Positions 1 to 8,581 of a stretch of 13,698 nucleotides of DNA are shown one piece after another. Position 1 is the stretch's first letter; each line of letters begins with the position of its first letter. Where the stretch lies: contig JAZKIQ010000009.1 of the NCBI GenBank assembly GCA_040384765.1, forward strand, positions 1 to 13,698, read 5' to 3'. Under the pieces are notes generated by a model. The model was given only the letters and a program-made list of their open reading frames with translations, did not search any database and was not told where the DNA came from. The stretch is from Patescibacteria group bacterium. GTDB lineage: Bacteria > Patescibacteriota > Minisyncoccia > Phycocordibacterales > JBBUBG01. The position numbers and the translations under genes are program-made.

Positions 1-56
1 CCCGCTTTTCTGTTCTGACTAAACTCTGAGCTCTGTAAACTGAACTCTGATTGCTC

Positions 57-1247
57 CTACGCCTTCTCTCCCGCAAAGCTGAGCGTCATCTTTTGCTCCT
101 TTGCGTCAAAGAGAGTGATCGAGAACGGATAGCTCTTGCCGAGCTCGAGCTTCTTTCGGAGGATATCTTCACTGCCGAATTCAGATACGTGCACGAGGCC
201 CGAGATACCCTCTTCGATCGAGACGAGTGCTCCGTACTTGTTGTACTTGATCACTACGCCTGTTGCGTTGTCACCCTTCTTGTATTTTGCTTCCGCGCTC
301 TTCCAAGGGTTCTCCTTGAGAGCTTTGATCGAGAGCGAGATCTTGCCTTCCTTGATCTCGATGATCTTTATATCAACACGCTCTCCAATCTTGAATCGAG
401 TGCGAGGATTGTCGACGAGCGCCCAGTCGATTTCGGAAATATGCACCAGTCCTTCGAGGCCTTCCTCGAGACGAACGAATACACCGAAGTCTACGACGCC
501 GGTCACTTCGCCCTGCACCACATCTCCTACTTTATATTTTTCTATGATAACTTCGCGTTCCTTCTGGTTTGGATTCTTCTCAGAGAAGATCAGCTTGCCC
601 TCCTTTGAGTCGGCAGAGATGATCGAAACAGAAAGTTTCTGGCCAACGAGGTTTTTGAGCTCGTTCATGATCTTGTCCTTGTCGCCATCATCTACGCGAG
701 GATAGTGCTCAGGCTTGAGCTGGGAAGCTGGCAAAAAGCCCGCGATCCCTTTCCATTCGAGAATGATGCCGCCCTTGTTGGCATCTTTCACGGGAAGCTC
801 AAATACCTCTTTCGATCTGATCGCGTCGTCTGCCTCCTTCCATACCACAGCCTGTCGAGCCTCTTTGAGCGAGAGCTCGATATAGCCATCCTCGTTTTCT
901 CCCTCAACCACCTTTGCGGTGATCGACTCACCTGCGTTCATCTTTTTGATGATGTCGCGGGCGTTCAAATATTCGCGTCCAAAAATGATACCGGTGCCGA
1001 ATACGCCAAGGTCTATGTAGAGCGCGAGCTTTCCGGTGCCAATAACAGTGCCTTCAATGAGCTTACCGGCCGCAGGCGGGGTCGGTGAGTTTTTTACGAG
1101 GTCATCCATCAATCCACCCTTTTCCTCAGGGGCGATGGCGAGCACGGCCGAATCCTCCTTTCGATCCTCGGTAGAGGAAAGAGGAGGTGCTTTCTTTACG
1201 GGAGACATTAAATCAGTAAATGTCCCGAATCTCTTTATAATTAACAC
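57..1247 (-). CDS. rpsA: 30S ribosomal protein S1, short four-S1-domain form. The first codon of the ORF is GTG; an in-frame ATG (MSPVKK...) lies 13 codons downstream (the ATG lies near 1206-1209), so the true start is uncertain
   Basis: The 396-aa translation contains four consecutive S1 (OB-fold) repeats with typical signatures: GTVIGTG...YIDLG, GESITAKVV, GQKLSVSII, GDVVQGEVTGVVDFGVFVRL and GDNATGVVIKY...GALVSI..GISGLVHVSE. The frame is uninterrupted and there is no convincing competing ORF on the opposite strand. Confidence 0.85.
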   Translation of the reverse strand: MLIIKRFGTFTDLMSPVKKAPPLSSTEDRKEDSAVLAIAPEEKGGLMDDLVKNSPTPPAAGKLIEGTVIGTGKLALYIDLGVFGTGIIFGREYLNARDIIKKMNAGESITAKVVEGENEDGYIELSLKEARQAVVWKEADDAIRSKEVFELPVKDANKGGIILEWKGIAGFLPASQLKPEHYPRVDDGDKDKIMNELKNLVGQKLSVSIISADSKEGKLIFSEKNPNQKEREVIIEKYKVGDVVQGEVTGVVDFGVFVRLEEGLEGLVHISEIDWALVDNPRTRFKIGERVDIKIIEIKEGKISLSIKALKENPWKSAEAKYKKGDNATGVVIKYNKYGALVSIEEGISGLVHVSEFGSEDILRKKLELGKSYPFSITLFDAKEQKMTLSFAGEKA

Positions 1248-1328
1248 TGTCCGAAACGGGGAAGACAGCTAGGAAACTGTACCTTTTTTGAGCCTTTTTA
1301 GCTAGGGGCAGTAGCTATATCCAAACTC

Positions 1329-1356
1329 TTTACATATTCATAAAACGTGATATAGT
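1329..1356 (+). promoter_or_regulatory. Sigma70-like promoter for the 1409 gene: TTTACA, 16-nt spacer, TATAGT
   Basis: tttaca lies at 1329-1334, followed by a 16-nt spacer, then tatagt at 1351-1356. The predicted TSS falls near 1363, about 45 nt upstream of the TTG start. Confidence 0.35.
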
Positions 1357-1408
1357 TTCGAATGGGGGAAGTTCTCGGTGTAGTAAAAAGCAACGACAAG
1401 GAGCGCTT

Positions 1409-1933
1409 TTGAACGGAAAAGAGACTGCAGGTGCGGAAGTGGAAGCGGGCAAGATCGACTACCGGTCTGACGCTGAAGCGAACTATCGGCTGATGCGCAT
1501 CCTCGAGGAGGTGATGGGGATCGGAGAGCTGATCGTAATCAGGCACGGTGATGATTTCGTGAATGCTCGCGCGATCAGCCCTTCTGATCAGGCACTTCTG
1601 GTTTCGACAACCAACGGCCTGCACACGGCGTTGACCAAGTATTTCGGCAACAGCGAACGCCAGCCTGTCGTGGGTGTGCCGCTCGATCCAGATGTGCTCG
1701 AGCAGGTGAAGATCGCGCATGCAAGCGTGGGGGAAGCGATCGACGCGCTCGAGAAGAAGCTGCTTGCAACCAAGCTTGCGGCAAGCTTGGAGAAAGAGAA
1801 GCCTGGTGTTCCGGTAGATGCTCCGACCCGGATTGGGATCGAAGGCATCGTAGCGGCACGGCTGCACATGCTCTGCAGTGCGCCGTCGGGAGATCCTGCA
1901 CGCGCCGTAGAGGAAGAGAAGTCGTCTTCCTGA
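1409..1933 (+). CDS. Hypothetical protein of 174 aa with no recognisable family. It uses a TTG start
   Basis: A strong SD, AAGGAG at 1398-1403, sits 5 nt before TTG at 1409. The amino-acid composition is clean (EEVMGIGELIVIRHGDDFVNARAISPSDQALLVSTTNG...). A rho-independent terminator follows. The antisense ORFs covering the same region are rich in R, C and H and are probably shadows. Confidence 0.5.
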   Translation: MNGKETAGAEVEAGKIDYRSDAEANYRLMRILEEVMGIGELIVIRHGDDFVNARAISPSDQALLVSTTNGLHTALTKYFGNSERQPVVGVPLDPDVLEQVKIAHASVGEAIDALEKKLLATKLAASLEKEKPGVPVDAPTRIGIEGIVAARLHMLCSAPSGDPARAVEEEKSSS

Positions 1934-1963
1934 GGTACAAGCTGTAGTCCAGCAACAAAAAGT

Positions 1964-1999
1964 GGCCCGACCAAATGGGTGGTCGGGCCTTTGATTTTT
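1964..1999 (+). terminator. Rho-independent terminator: a 10-bp GC-rich stem (GGCCCGACCA/TGGTCGGGCC) with a 6-nt loop, followed by TTTGATTTTT
   Basis: ggcccgacca at 1964-1973 is perfectly complementary to tggtcgggcc at 1980-1989, and a T-rich tract follows at 1990-1999. It lies 30 nt after the stop of the 1409..1933 gene. Confidence 0.65.
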
Positions 2000-2039
2000 A
2001 TGCAGTCCACTTTTTTGGGACCTTGAAACAAGCCTTCTT

Positions 2040-2699
2040 TTGCGCTATCATATACGAATGGTTTTGACCTATTACGGCAAGGCGTGTGTGAAGGTAACTC
2101 AAGGCGATACTACAATCGCCTTCAATCCTTTTGGCAAAGGCGTGGGCGATCGCTACCCTCGTTTTGGTGCAGATATTGTCCTTGTTTCTCGCAAAAGCTC
2201 CGAGTACAACGCGAGCGAAAATATGAGTGCCGGTGAGAAGATGCCGTTTGTTATTGATGGCCCCGGCGAATATGAGGTGGGAGGTATTTTTATAAAAGGG
2301 TATGGCGTGCCCAACCCTGAGAATGTAAGCGGCCCGCACAATACGATCTATTCATTGGTGATCGATGATATAAAGCTGTGCCACCTTGGTGGGCTTCAGT
2401 CTTCGACGCTTCCTCCCGATACTCTTGAGCAGTTGGGCGAGATCGACATCGTGTTTGTGCCTGTGTGGAAAGGCGATGTTCTTCCGCCAGCAGATGCGTA
2501 CAAGCTTGCGGCCTCGCTTGAGCCAAAGCTTGTTATTCCGCTTGCAAACGGAGAGGATGAAAAGGATGCGCCCCTCGCCACCTTTATGAAGGAGGCAGGA
2601 GAAAGTAAAAATGAGTGGGTAGATAAGCTCACCCTCAAGCGAAAAGACCTTGAGGGCAAAGAGGGCGATATTATATTAATCTCACCTGGACTAAGCTAG
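2040..2699 (+). CDS. MBL-fold (metallo-beta-lactamase superfamily) metal-dependent hydrolase. The likely true start is the second Met, at 2058 (MVLTYYGKAC...)
   Basis: The N-terminus MVLTYYGKACVKV..GDTTIAFNPF resembles the MKITWLGHACF start typical of UPF0173/UlaG-like MBL-fold proteins. Length is about 213 aa. The call is made from motif memory only. Confidence 0.5.
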   Translation: MRYHIRMVLTYYGKACVKVTQGDTTIAFNPFGKGVGDRYPRFGADIVLVSRKSSEYNASENMSAGEKMPFVIDGPGEYEVGGIFIKGYGVPNPENVSGPHNTIYSLVIDDIKLCHLGGLQSSTLPPDTLEQLGEIDIVFVPVWKGDVLPPADAYKLAASLEPKLVIPLANGEDEKDAPLATFMKEAGESKNEWVDKLTLKRKDLEGKEGDIILISPGLS

Positions 2700-2706
2700 C
2701 TCCCCC

Positions 2707-2937
2707 ATGAAAACGCCCCTTGAATATATAGAGCATCTTCGGATGAAGCCGGTGCATCACCGGAAGCGGGCTGCGTTTCTCGCGACGGCACTTATCGGAG
2801 GCTCGATCCTCTTTACCTGGGGTGCGTACCAGTCAAAAAAGCTGACGATTCAAAGCCCGGCAGAGCTTTTGGCAAATCAGCAAAGGGGTTCCCAGGCGGC
2901 GAGTCCGTTTCAGGCGTTTGGGGGTATTTTTAAATAG
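2707..2937 (+). CDS. Small hypothetical membrane protein of 76 aa with one predicted TM helix
   Basis: The ORF starts 8 nt after the upstream stop and ends 24 nt before gyrA. It has a hydrophobic stretch, AAFLATALIGGSILFTWGAY. There is no family assignment. Confidence 0.35.
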   Translation: MKTPLEYIEHLRMKPVHHRKRAAFLATALIGGSILFTWGAYQSKKLTIQSPAELLANQQRGSQAASPFQAFGGIFK

Positions 2938-2960
2938 GAAAGTAGTGTCACTGTATCGAT

Positions 2961-5423
2961 ATGGCAAAAGAGAAAGAATCAAAACCAAACAATCTTCCTG
3001 AGCGCGGCATCGTCGATATCGACATCGTGCCGGAAATGCGCACCTCATTCCTCGACTACGCCATGAGTGTGATCGTGGATCGTGCACTTCCCGACGTGCG
3101 CGATGGGCTAAAGCCAGTGCACCGCCGTATCCTCTATGCCATGCATGAGCTTGGGCTTACCTCTTCTGCAAAGTTTCGCAAGTCCGCAACGGTAGTCGGA
3201 GATGTGCTTGGTAAATATCATCCGCACGGTGATATCTCTGTGTATGACGCAATGGTAAAGATGGCGCAGACGTTTTATATGCGCTACCCGCTTGTGCAAG
3301 GCCAGGGCAACTTCGGCTCGATCGATGGAGACTCGGCTGCTGCTATGCGTTATACCGAGGCGAAAATGTCTCGTCTCGCTGGCGAGCTGTTGCGCGATAT
3401 CGAAAAGGAGACGGTCAACTTTGTTCCAAACTACGACAACTCTCGCAAAGAGCCTGCAGTGATGCCTTCGGTGGTGCCAAACTTGCTCCTAAACGGCACG
3501 CTTGGTATCGCGGTAGGTATGGCGACAAAGGTGCCGCCACACAACCTCCGCGAGCTCATGGACGCGCTTGCGTACCTTCTCGACAACCCAGGAGCGACGA
3601 CCGACGACCTTATGCAGTTTGTCAAAGGCCCTGACTTTCCGACAGGCGGCATCGTATTTAATACAAAAGATATCCATCACGCATACGCAAATGGTCGCGG
3701 TGGTGTGACCGTGCGTGGCGAGGCGGAGATCCTCGAGACGAAGAGCGGCATGTTCCAGATCTTGATCACCTCGCTTCCGTATCAAGTGAACAAAGCCGAG
3801 TTTATTATTCACGTGGCAGACCTCGTCCGCGAGAAAAAGCTCGAGGGAATCAAAGATATCCGTGACGAATCGACGCGCGACGTGCGTATTGTGATCGACC
3901 TCAAGTCCGGCACCTATCCGCAGGCCGTGCTCAACTTTATCTACAAACATACTGAGCTTGAGCAGGTGTTCAACTACAACATGCTCGCACTCTCAGACGG
4001 CGTGCCAAAGCTCCACTCGCTTTCCTCGGTGCTCAATGAGTTCGTAGCGCACCGCAAAGATATTATTCGCCGCCGCACTGAGTACGATCTCAGGAAAGCG
4101 CTCGAGCGCGAGCATATTTTGATCGGTCTTACGATTGCACTTGATCATATCGACGAGGTGATAAAGACGATCAAGCAGTCCAAAGATACTGCTGAAGCGC
4201 ATGCAAACCTCGTAAAGAAGTTTAAGCTTTCAGATATTCAGGCGACTGCGATCCTCGATATGCGCCTGCAGAAGCTTGCCGGACTCGAGCGCAAAAAGAT
4301 CGAAGATGAGCTCAAGAGTGTGCAAGAGCTCATCAAAGAGTTGAAAGAGATCCTTGCGAGCGCAAAGAAAGTGCTCACTATCATCAAAAAGGAGTTCATG
4401 GAGATTGCCGAGAAGCACGGCGATGACCGCCGCACCCGTGTGGTGAAAGGTGCTGCAAAGGCGATCAACATCGAAGACCTCGTACCAGACGAAGAGTCGG
4501 TGCTTGTGTTCACGCGTGGTGGCTATGTAAAGCGTACGCATCCTACCGAATATCGCGCACAGCGCCGCGGCGGCGTGGGCGTAATGGACCTCGATACAAA
4601 AGAGGAAGATTTCATTTCACTTTTTCTTACGGCAAATACGCACGCAGACCTTCTCTTCTTTACCGATCGCGGCAAGGCATACCAGATCAAGATGTACGAG
4701 ATTCCGGAAGGGAAGCGCGCTACAAAGGGCAAATCGATCATCAACTTTATTTCACTCGGTGATACTGAGCGCGTAACCTCGATCCTTGCGATGCCGAAAG
4801 ATGTGAAGGGCACCTCGCTCTCGCTCCTTATGGTGACAAAGCTTGGTGTTACCAAGAAAGTTGCCGCAGACTCCTTTACCGATGTGCGCCGCTCGGGCCT
4901 CATTGCTATTACGCTCGAAGCAGGAGACGAGCTTCTCTCGGCAAAGCTCTGCCAGAAGAGCGACGACATTATTCTCACCACTTCAGAGGGTCAGTCGATC
5001 CGATTTAAAGAGTCTGATATTCGCCAGATGGGCCGCACAGCTATGGGTGTGACCGCCATGAAGCTTGGCAAGAAAGGCGATATTATTGTTGGTGCAGATA
5101 TCGTAAAGGGCGGCACCAAAGATGCTGAGCTCTTGGTGATGTCCGCAAACGGCTACGGCAAGAAAACCAAAATTACGGAATATAAGGTGCAGAAGCGTGC
5201 AGGCTCGGGTATCAAGGCAATGAATGTAACACCAAAGACGGGCAAGCTGATGGTCTCAAAGGTTGTCACCGAAGCTGAATCGGAACTGATCGCCATCTCG
5301 AAGAACTCCCAGGTGATCCGCATCGGCCTCGACGAGGTCCCATCGCTCGGGCGCTCGACACAGGGTGTGCGTATTATGAAGCTTCGTGAAGGGGATAGTA
5401 TTGCTTCGCTCACGTGTTTGTAG
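2961..5423 (+). CDS. gyrA: DNA gyrase subunit A
   Basis: The 820-aa product has a topo II A N-terminal domain with the active-site region [15 protein letters not shown]-like [17 protein letters not shown], and [11 protein letters not shown]. The C-terminal beta-pinwheel repeats include a GyrA-box-like QRRGGVG. Confidence 0.92.
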   Translation: MAKEKESKPNNLPERGIVDIDIVPEMRTSFLDYAMSVIVDRALPDVRDGLKPVHRRILYAMHELGLTSSAKFRKSATVVGDVLGKYHPHGDISVYDAMVKMAQTFYMRYPLVQGQGNFGSIDGDSAAAMRYTEAKMSRLAGELLRDIEKETVNFVPNYDNSRKEPAVMPSVVPNLLLNGTLGIAVGMATKVPPHNLRELMDALAYLLDNPGATTDDLMQFVKGPDFPTGGIVFNTKDIHHAYANGRGGVTVRGEAEILETKSGMFQILITSLPYQVNKAEFIIHVADLVREKKLEGIKDIRDESTRDVRIVIDLKSGTYPQAVLNFIYKHTELEQVFNYNMLALSDGVPKLHSLSSVLNEFVAHRKDIIRRRTEYDLRKALEREHILIGLTIALDHIDEVIKTIKQSKDTAEAHANLVKKFKLSDIQATAILDMRLQKLAGLERKKIEDELKSVQELIKELKEILASAKKVLTIIKKEFMEIAEKHGDDRRTRVVKGAAKAINIEDLVPDEESVLVFTRGGYVKRTHPTEYRAQRRGGVGVMDLDTKEEDFISLFLTANTHADLLFFTDRGKAYQIKMYEIPEGKRATKGKSIINFISLGDTERVTSILAMPKDVKGTSLSLLMVTKLGVTKKVAADSFTDVRRSGLIAITLEAGDELLSAKLCQKSDDIILTTSEGQSIRFKESDIRQMGRTAMGVTAMKLGKKGDIIVGADIVKGGTKDAELLVMSANGYGKKTKITEYKVQKRAGSGIKAMNVTPKTGKLMVSKVVTEAESELIAISKNSQVIRIGLDEVPSLGRSTQGVRIMKLREGDSIASLTCL

Positions 5424-5436
5424 TTCTGTGGCGCTC

Positions 5437-5540
5437 CTAAAATCTCGACCTGCTTTGTCGCGGGCTCCAGTCCTCGCTCATGGAGCAGTAACTCCATTCG
5501 CTTCGGGCTTCGCCCGCTTCGCGCATCTCGAAGATTTTAG
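5437..5540 (+). repeat. Inverted-repeat element, copy A, of a three-member family. Its 12-bp terminal stem (ctaaaatctcga/tcgaagattttag) has one bulged nucleotide
   Basis: It lies 14 nt after the gyrA stop. It shares with copy B the ordered motifs ctaaaatc-N4-cctgctttgtYgc ... cgcgcatc-N4'-gatttYtag. N4 and N4' are complementary and covary (tcga/tcga here, ctca/tgag in B). Confidence 0.6.
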
Positions 5541-5560
5541 TTCACGTGGGGTTGCGTTTA

Positions 5561-5566
5561 TATAAT
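5561..5566 (+). promoter_or_regulatory. Possible -10 box (TATAAT) 7 nt upstream of the ATG of the 5574 gene, implying a leaderless or near-leaderless transcript. No convincing -35 is present
   Basis: tataat at 5561-5566 and ATG at 5574. There is no SD. Confidence 0.25.
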
Positions 5567-5573
5567 TGAAAAA

Positions 5574-6638
5574 ATGAAGCAAAAACTGATTCTTCTTATT
5601 GTGTTTGTGGGAGTTTTCTTGGCTATTGGGTATTCGACTGGCATGAGGGGGGTGGCGCAAGAAGGCGTGGGTGCTTCTTCTGAGCAATCGGGCAGTGCTC
5701 GACTGTCAGATGAGGCGATTCGACACGCGTCGATTCCGAATCTCTTTTTCGGCGAACCTTTCGGAAACTACAGCGTTCTCGATGGGGGTGTTGCCTACTA
5801 TACCGAGTCTTCGAAGTCTCCCAATGGTCAAACACGTAGTGCAACAGCGACCGACTATTTTACCGCTATCGACACGAGCGTCTCGTTTGCGCATGACGAC
5901 CTCGATGGAGACGGTGACCCAGATACCGCCGTTATTATGCTGAGCCGCTCCGGAGGTACGGGTACGTTTTATGATCTCGTTGTATTCCGCAATGAGAACG
6001 GGCAGCCTCTCTTTGTGGATCGCGCAATGGTTGGAGATCGGATTGTTGTTCAATCACTTTCGATCAAAAATGGAATCGTTACTATCGACATGCTTGATCA
6101 TGGACCTGGTGAGCCGTTGGTGAGCGCAACATTTCCAAAGACCCTTCAATTTCAACTTATGAATGGAAAGCTCACTCTCATGCAGCTTGCGCAGGGAGAT
6201 GAGGTCGAGGTTACTGGTGAGCAAGCAGCCGTTGCCGCTGTCGCAAAAACATCGATTGCTGCAAAGATCGAGCAGCTTGCACCAGGCACCTTTACTCTTT
6301 CCCGAACGAACTCTTCTGTTGACGATGGTCTCCCTCACATCTACTCCCGCTATTACGGATCTAAGAAAGGATATCTCGTCGAGGTTTACCTCGATAGAGA
6401 GGGTGAATGCTACCAGGGAAAATTCACGTGTCTTATGACGAAGCTTTTCTCAGGAGAGGAGCTAAAGAAAATGTGTACATCTTACTATGATTCTGTGGAG
6501 GAATGCATCAGCACCACGACTGTTGCCACATTTGATGTAAATGAAAAAGGGATCGTGGGTAACTTTCGCATGGAAAGCGCAATCCGGAGCGATGCACAGG
6601 CGCGAGAAGAATCTCTTAGGGCAGCTGGATACTACTAG
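5574..6638 (+). CDS. Secreted or membrane-anchored hypothetical protein of 354 aa with an FG-GAP/VCBS-like calcium-binding-type motif
   Basis: It has an N-terminal hydrophobic signal/anchor, KLILLIVFVGVFLAIGYS. The motif FAHDDLDGDGDPDTAVIM...GTGTFYDLVVF resembles a single FG-GAP-type repeat. A Cys-containing C-terminal region follows. Confidence 0.55.
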   Translation: MKQKLILLIVFVGVFLAIGYSTGMRGVAQEGVGASSEQSGSARLSDEAIRHASIPNLFFGEPFGNYSVLDGGVAYYTESSKSPNGQTRSATATDYFTAIDTSVSFAHDDLDGDGDPDTAVIMLSRSGGTGTFYDLVVFRNENGQPLFVDRAMVGDRIVVQSLSIKNGIVTIDMLDHGPGEPLVSATFPKTLQFQLMNGKLTLMQLAQGDEVEVTGEQAAVAAVAKTSIAAKIEQLAPGTFTLSRTNSSVDDGLPHIYSRYYGSKKGYLVEVYLDREGECYQGKFTCLMTKLFSGEELKKMCTSYYDSVEECISTTTVATFDVNEKGIVGNFRMESAIRSDAQAREESLRAAGYY

Positions 6639-6713
6639 GTTTCGCCGATGAGGATGAAGATTGAGTAGTTCTTTCCACACGGCACGGAAGCTGCCCTCTG
6701 TTATACTCTCTGT

Positions 6714-7244
6714 ATGGCTTTTCTCACGCCCTCGCATGCGATAGCGCCGCTCAATATCCATGAGGGGATGCGTGTGGCAGATTTTGGCACGGGGGGTGGC
6801 GCAATGGCGATAGCTGCAGCGCGCCACGTAGGGCATTCGGGCAAGGTGTACGCGATTGATATACAGAAGGGGTTGCTCGAAAAGCTTGCTCGCCATGCGA
6901 CTGATCTGCACCTTTCAAATCTCGAAGTGGTGTGGGGTAATATCGACCACTCACATGGCTCGAAGCTTGCTCCTGCATCCGTAGATGCGGTGATCATTGC
7001 AAACGTACTGTTTCAGTCCGAGCATGTTGGGCATCTTGTTGCTGAGGCGAAGCGCATCTTAAAGCCACATGGCAAAGCGCTTGTCATCGATTGGACGGAT
7101 TCGTTTGGGAATATGGGCCCCGCACATGGGCATGTGGTAAAGGAGTCCGAAGCAAAGCTTTTTTTTGCCGATGGGGGATTTGTGTTTGAAAAAAACGAGC
7201 CGGCAGGGGACCATCATTACTCTCTTCTTTTCCATAAACCATGA
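6714..7244 (+). CDS. Small class I SAM-dependent methyltransferase. A GTG at 6690 is an alternative start
   Basis: It carries motif I, VADFGTGGGAMAIAAA, then an acidic motif-II-like KVYAIDIQ and VDAVIIANVL...LKPHGKALVID, which is typical of the Methyltransf_11/25-like Rossmann fold. Its stop overlaps the start of the next gene (ATGA). Confidence 0.65.
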   Translation: MAFLTPSHAIAPLNIHEGMRVADFGTGGGAMAIAAARHVGHSGKVYAIDIQKGLLEKLARHATDLHLSNLEVVWGNIDHSHGSKLAPASVDAVIIANVLFQSEHVGHLVAEAKRILKPHGKALVIDWTDSFGNMGPAHGHVVKESEAKLFFADGGFVFEKNEPAGDHHYSLLFHKP

Positions 7245-8581
7245 ACAAAGGTTCCAACTTCCAGCTCGTCGTTCTCGCATTTTTCGGCGTCATCCTTGTT
7301 GCGGGTGTTCTTCTTTTTGCAGGCTTTGGCGGAGGGGGCGGCCTTGGGGGTGCCGGTCGCGGTGCTACCCTCACTCTCTGGGGTACGGTGCCCGATAGTG
7401 TGATGGCCCCTCTTCTCAATACGTTTTCCCAAGAGTACCAAGATTCAATCGGACAGGTGCTCTACGAAGAGAAGCGTGCAGATAGCTTTGAGAGTGATCT
7501 GGTAAACGCGCTCGCCTCGGGCAAAGGTCCGGACATGGTGATCATCCCCCAGGGGCTTTTGGTGCGCCAGGCCGACAAACTGTTGCCTCTTTCGTATGAG
7601 CAGTTTACTCAGCGTAAATATCTCGATGCCTATACAGACGGTTCGGATATCTTTCTCACCAACAATGGCATTCTCGCGCTTCCCCTCTCGGTAGACCCGG
7701 TGGTTTTGTACTGGAATAAGCAGCTTTTCTCGGGAGCGGGCCTCACCTCTCCTCCGCGTTTTTGGGATGAGCTGCTCACGCTCCCTGAGAAGCTCGTGGT
7801 AAAAGATGTTCGTGGCACTATCTCGCAAGCGGCCATCTCTCTTGGTGGCTATCGCAATGTAACCCGTGCAAAAGAGACGCTCTCCTCGCTTTTTCTGCAG
7901 GTTGGCGACTCGATTACCGAGCCGGTCTTTAGCGAAGCGGGTCTTGGGGTGAATCCTGTGCTTGGAGATTCAGCTGCACGCGGAGCGGGTCCCGCCGAAT
8001 CAGCACTTCGCTTCTATGTACAGTTCGCAGACCCTGCAAAAGCGGTGTATAGCTGGAACAGCGCATTGCCGCAGTCGCGTGATCTCTTTGCGCGCGGGAG
8101 CTTGGCGATGTACGTGGGTGTTGCAAGCGACCTCGCAGCAATCCAAAGCGCAAATCCGCATCTCTCGTTTGACGTAGCTCCGCTTCCACAGGTGCGGCCA
8201 GTCAGCGGTGGCCAGCCAAATGCACGGGTGTACGGCAACTACGGAGCACTTGCTGTTCTTCGTGCGGGGAAAAACCCTGCGCTTTCAATGCAGGCGGCGT
8301 TTCTCCTTTCTACCACCAACTATGCGGAGGCGTATGCGCGTGCCCTCGGCTTGGCACCAGCTCGCCGCGACCTTCTTTCGCAAAATACAAGCGGCAATGC
8401 GTTGCGAGCCGTTGTCTTTAAGGCTGCTCTCAACGCTCATGGATGGCTCGATCCGTCCCCGCTCGGTACCGATGCGATATTTCGAAGCATGGTAGAATCT
8501 TTGGTATCAGGAGGTATCACTGAGCGCCAAGCGCTTTCAGAAGCTCGCGCCGATATGAGTGCCCTTGGACAACAACGATGA
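7241..8581 (+). CDS. Extracellular solute-binding protein family-1-like (MalE-like SBP fold) protein. It is membrane-tethered by an N-terminal TM helix followed by a Gly-rich linker
   Basis: A TM helix, LVVLAFFGVILVAGVLLFAGF, is followed by GGGGGLGGAG. The SBP_bac_1 hallmark stretches are present: TLTLWGTVPD, ..GKGPDMVII.., LALPLSVDPVVLYWNKQLFSGAGLTSPPRFWDELL, and MYVGVASDLAAIQSANPHLSFDVAPLP. It overlaps both neighbours by 4 nt (ATGA). Confidence 0.6.
   Translation: MNKGSNFQLVVLAFFGVILVAGVLLFAGFGGGGGLGGAGRGATLTLWGTVPDSVMAPLLNTFSQEYQDSIGQVLYEEKRADSFESDLVNALASGKGPDMVIIPQGLLVRQADKLLPLSYEQFTQRKYLDAYTDGSDIFLTNNGILALPLSVDPVVLYWNKQLFSGAGLTSPPRFWDELLTLPEKLVVKDVRGTISQAAISLGGYRNVTRAKETLSSLFLQVGDSITEPVFSEAGLGVNPVLGDSAARGAGPAESALRFYVQFADPAKAVYSWNSALPQSRDLFARGSLAMYVGVASDLAAIQSANPHLSFDVAPLPQVRPVSGGQPNARVYGNYGALAVLRAGKNPALSMQAAFLLSTTNYAEAYARALGLAPARRDLLSQNTSGNALRAVVFKAALNAHGWLDPSPLGTDAIFRSMVESLVSGGITERQALSEARADMSALGQQR

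Noticed and set aside
57-1247. Choosing the ATG (MSPVKK) versus the GTG at the ORF end as the rpsA start
   Set aside because: Neither has a convincing SD, so the start is left unresolved. The longer ORF coordinates are reported with the alternative noted. Hand-counted coordinates in this region may be off by one base.
1298-2031. Minus-strand ORFs (1298..1867, 1575..1958, 1588..2031) overlapping the 1409..1933 plus-strand gene
   Set aside because: Their translations are dominated by Arg, Cys, His, Ser and Pro runs typical of antisense shadows in GC-rich coding DNA. The plus-strand ORF has an SD, a promoter and a terminator.
3431-5052. Several 70-150 aa ORFs antisense to or out of frame within gyrA
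   Set aside because: They lie entirely within a confidently identified 820-aa conserved gene and have low-complexity composition. They are shadow ORFs.
7241-8581. Calling the SBP-like gene part of a complete ABC transporter
   Set aside because: No permease or ATP-binding cassette genes are adjacent. The neighbours are a methyltransferase and pilin-like genes, so only the fold assignment is reported.
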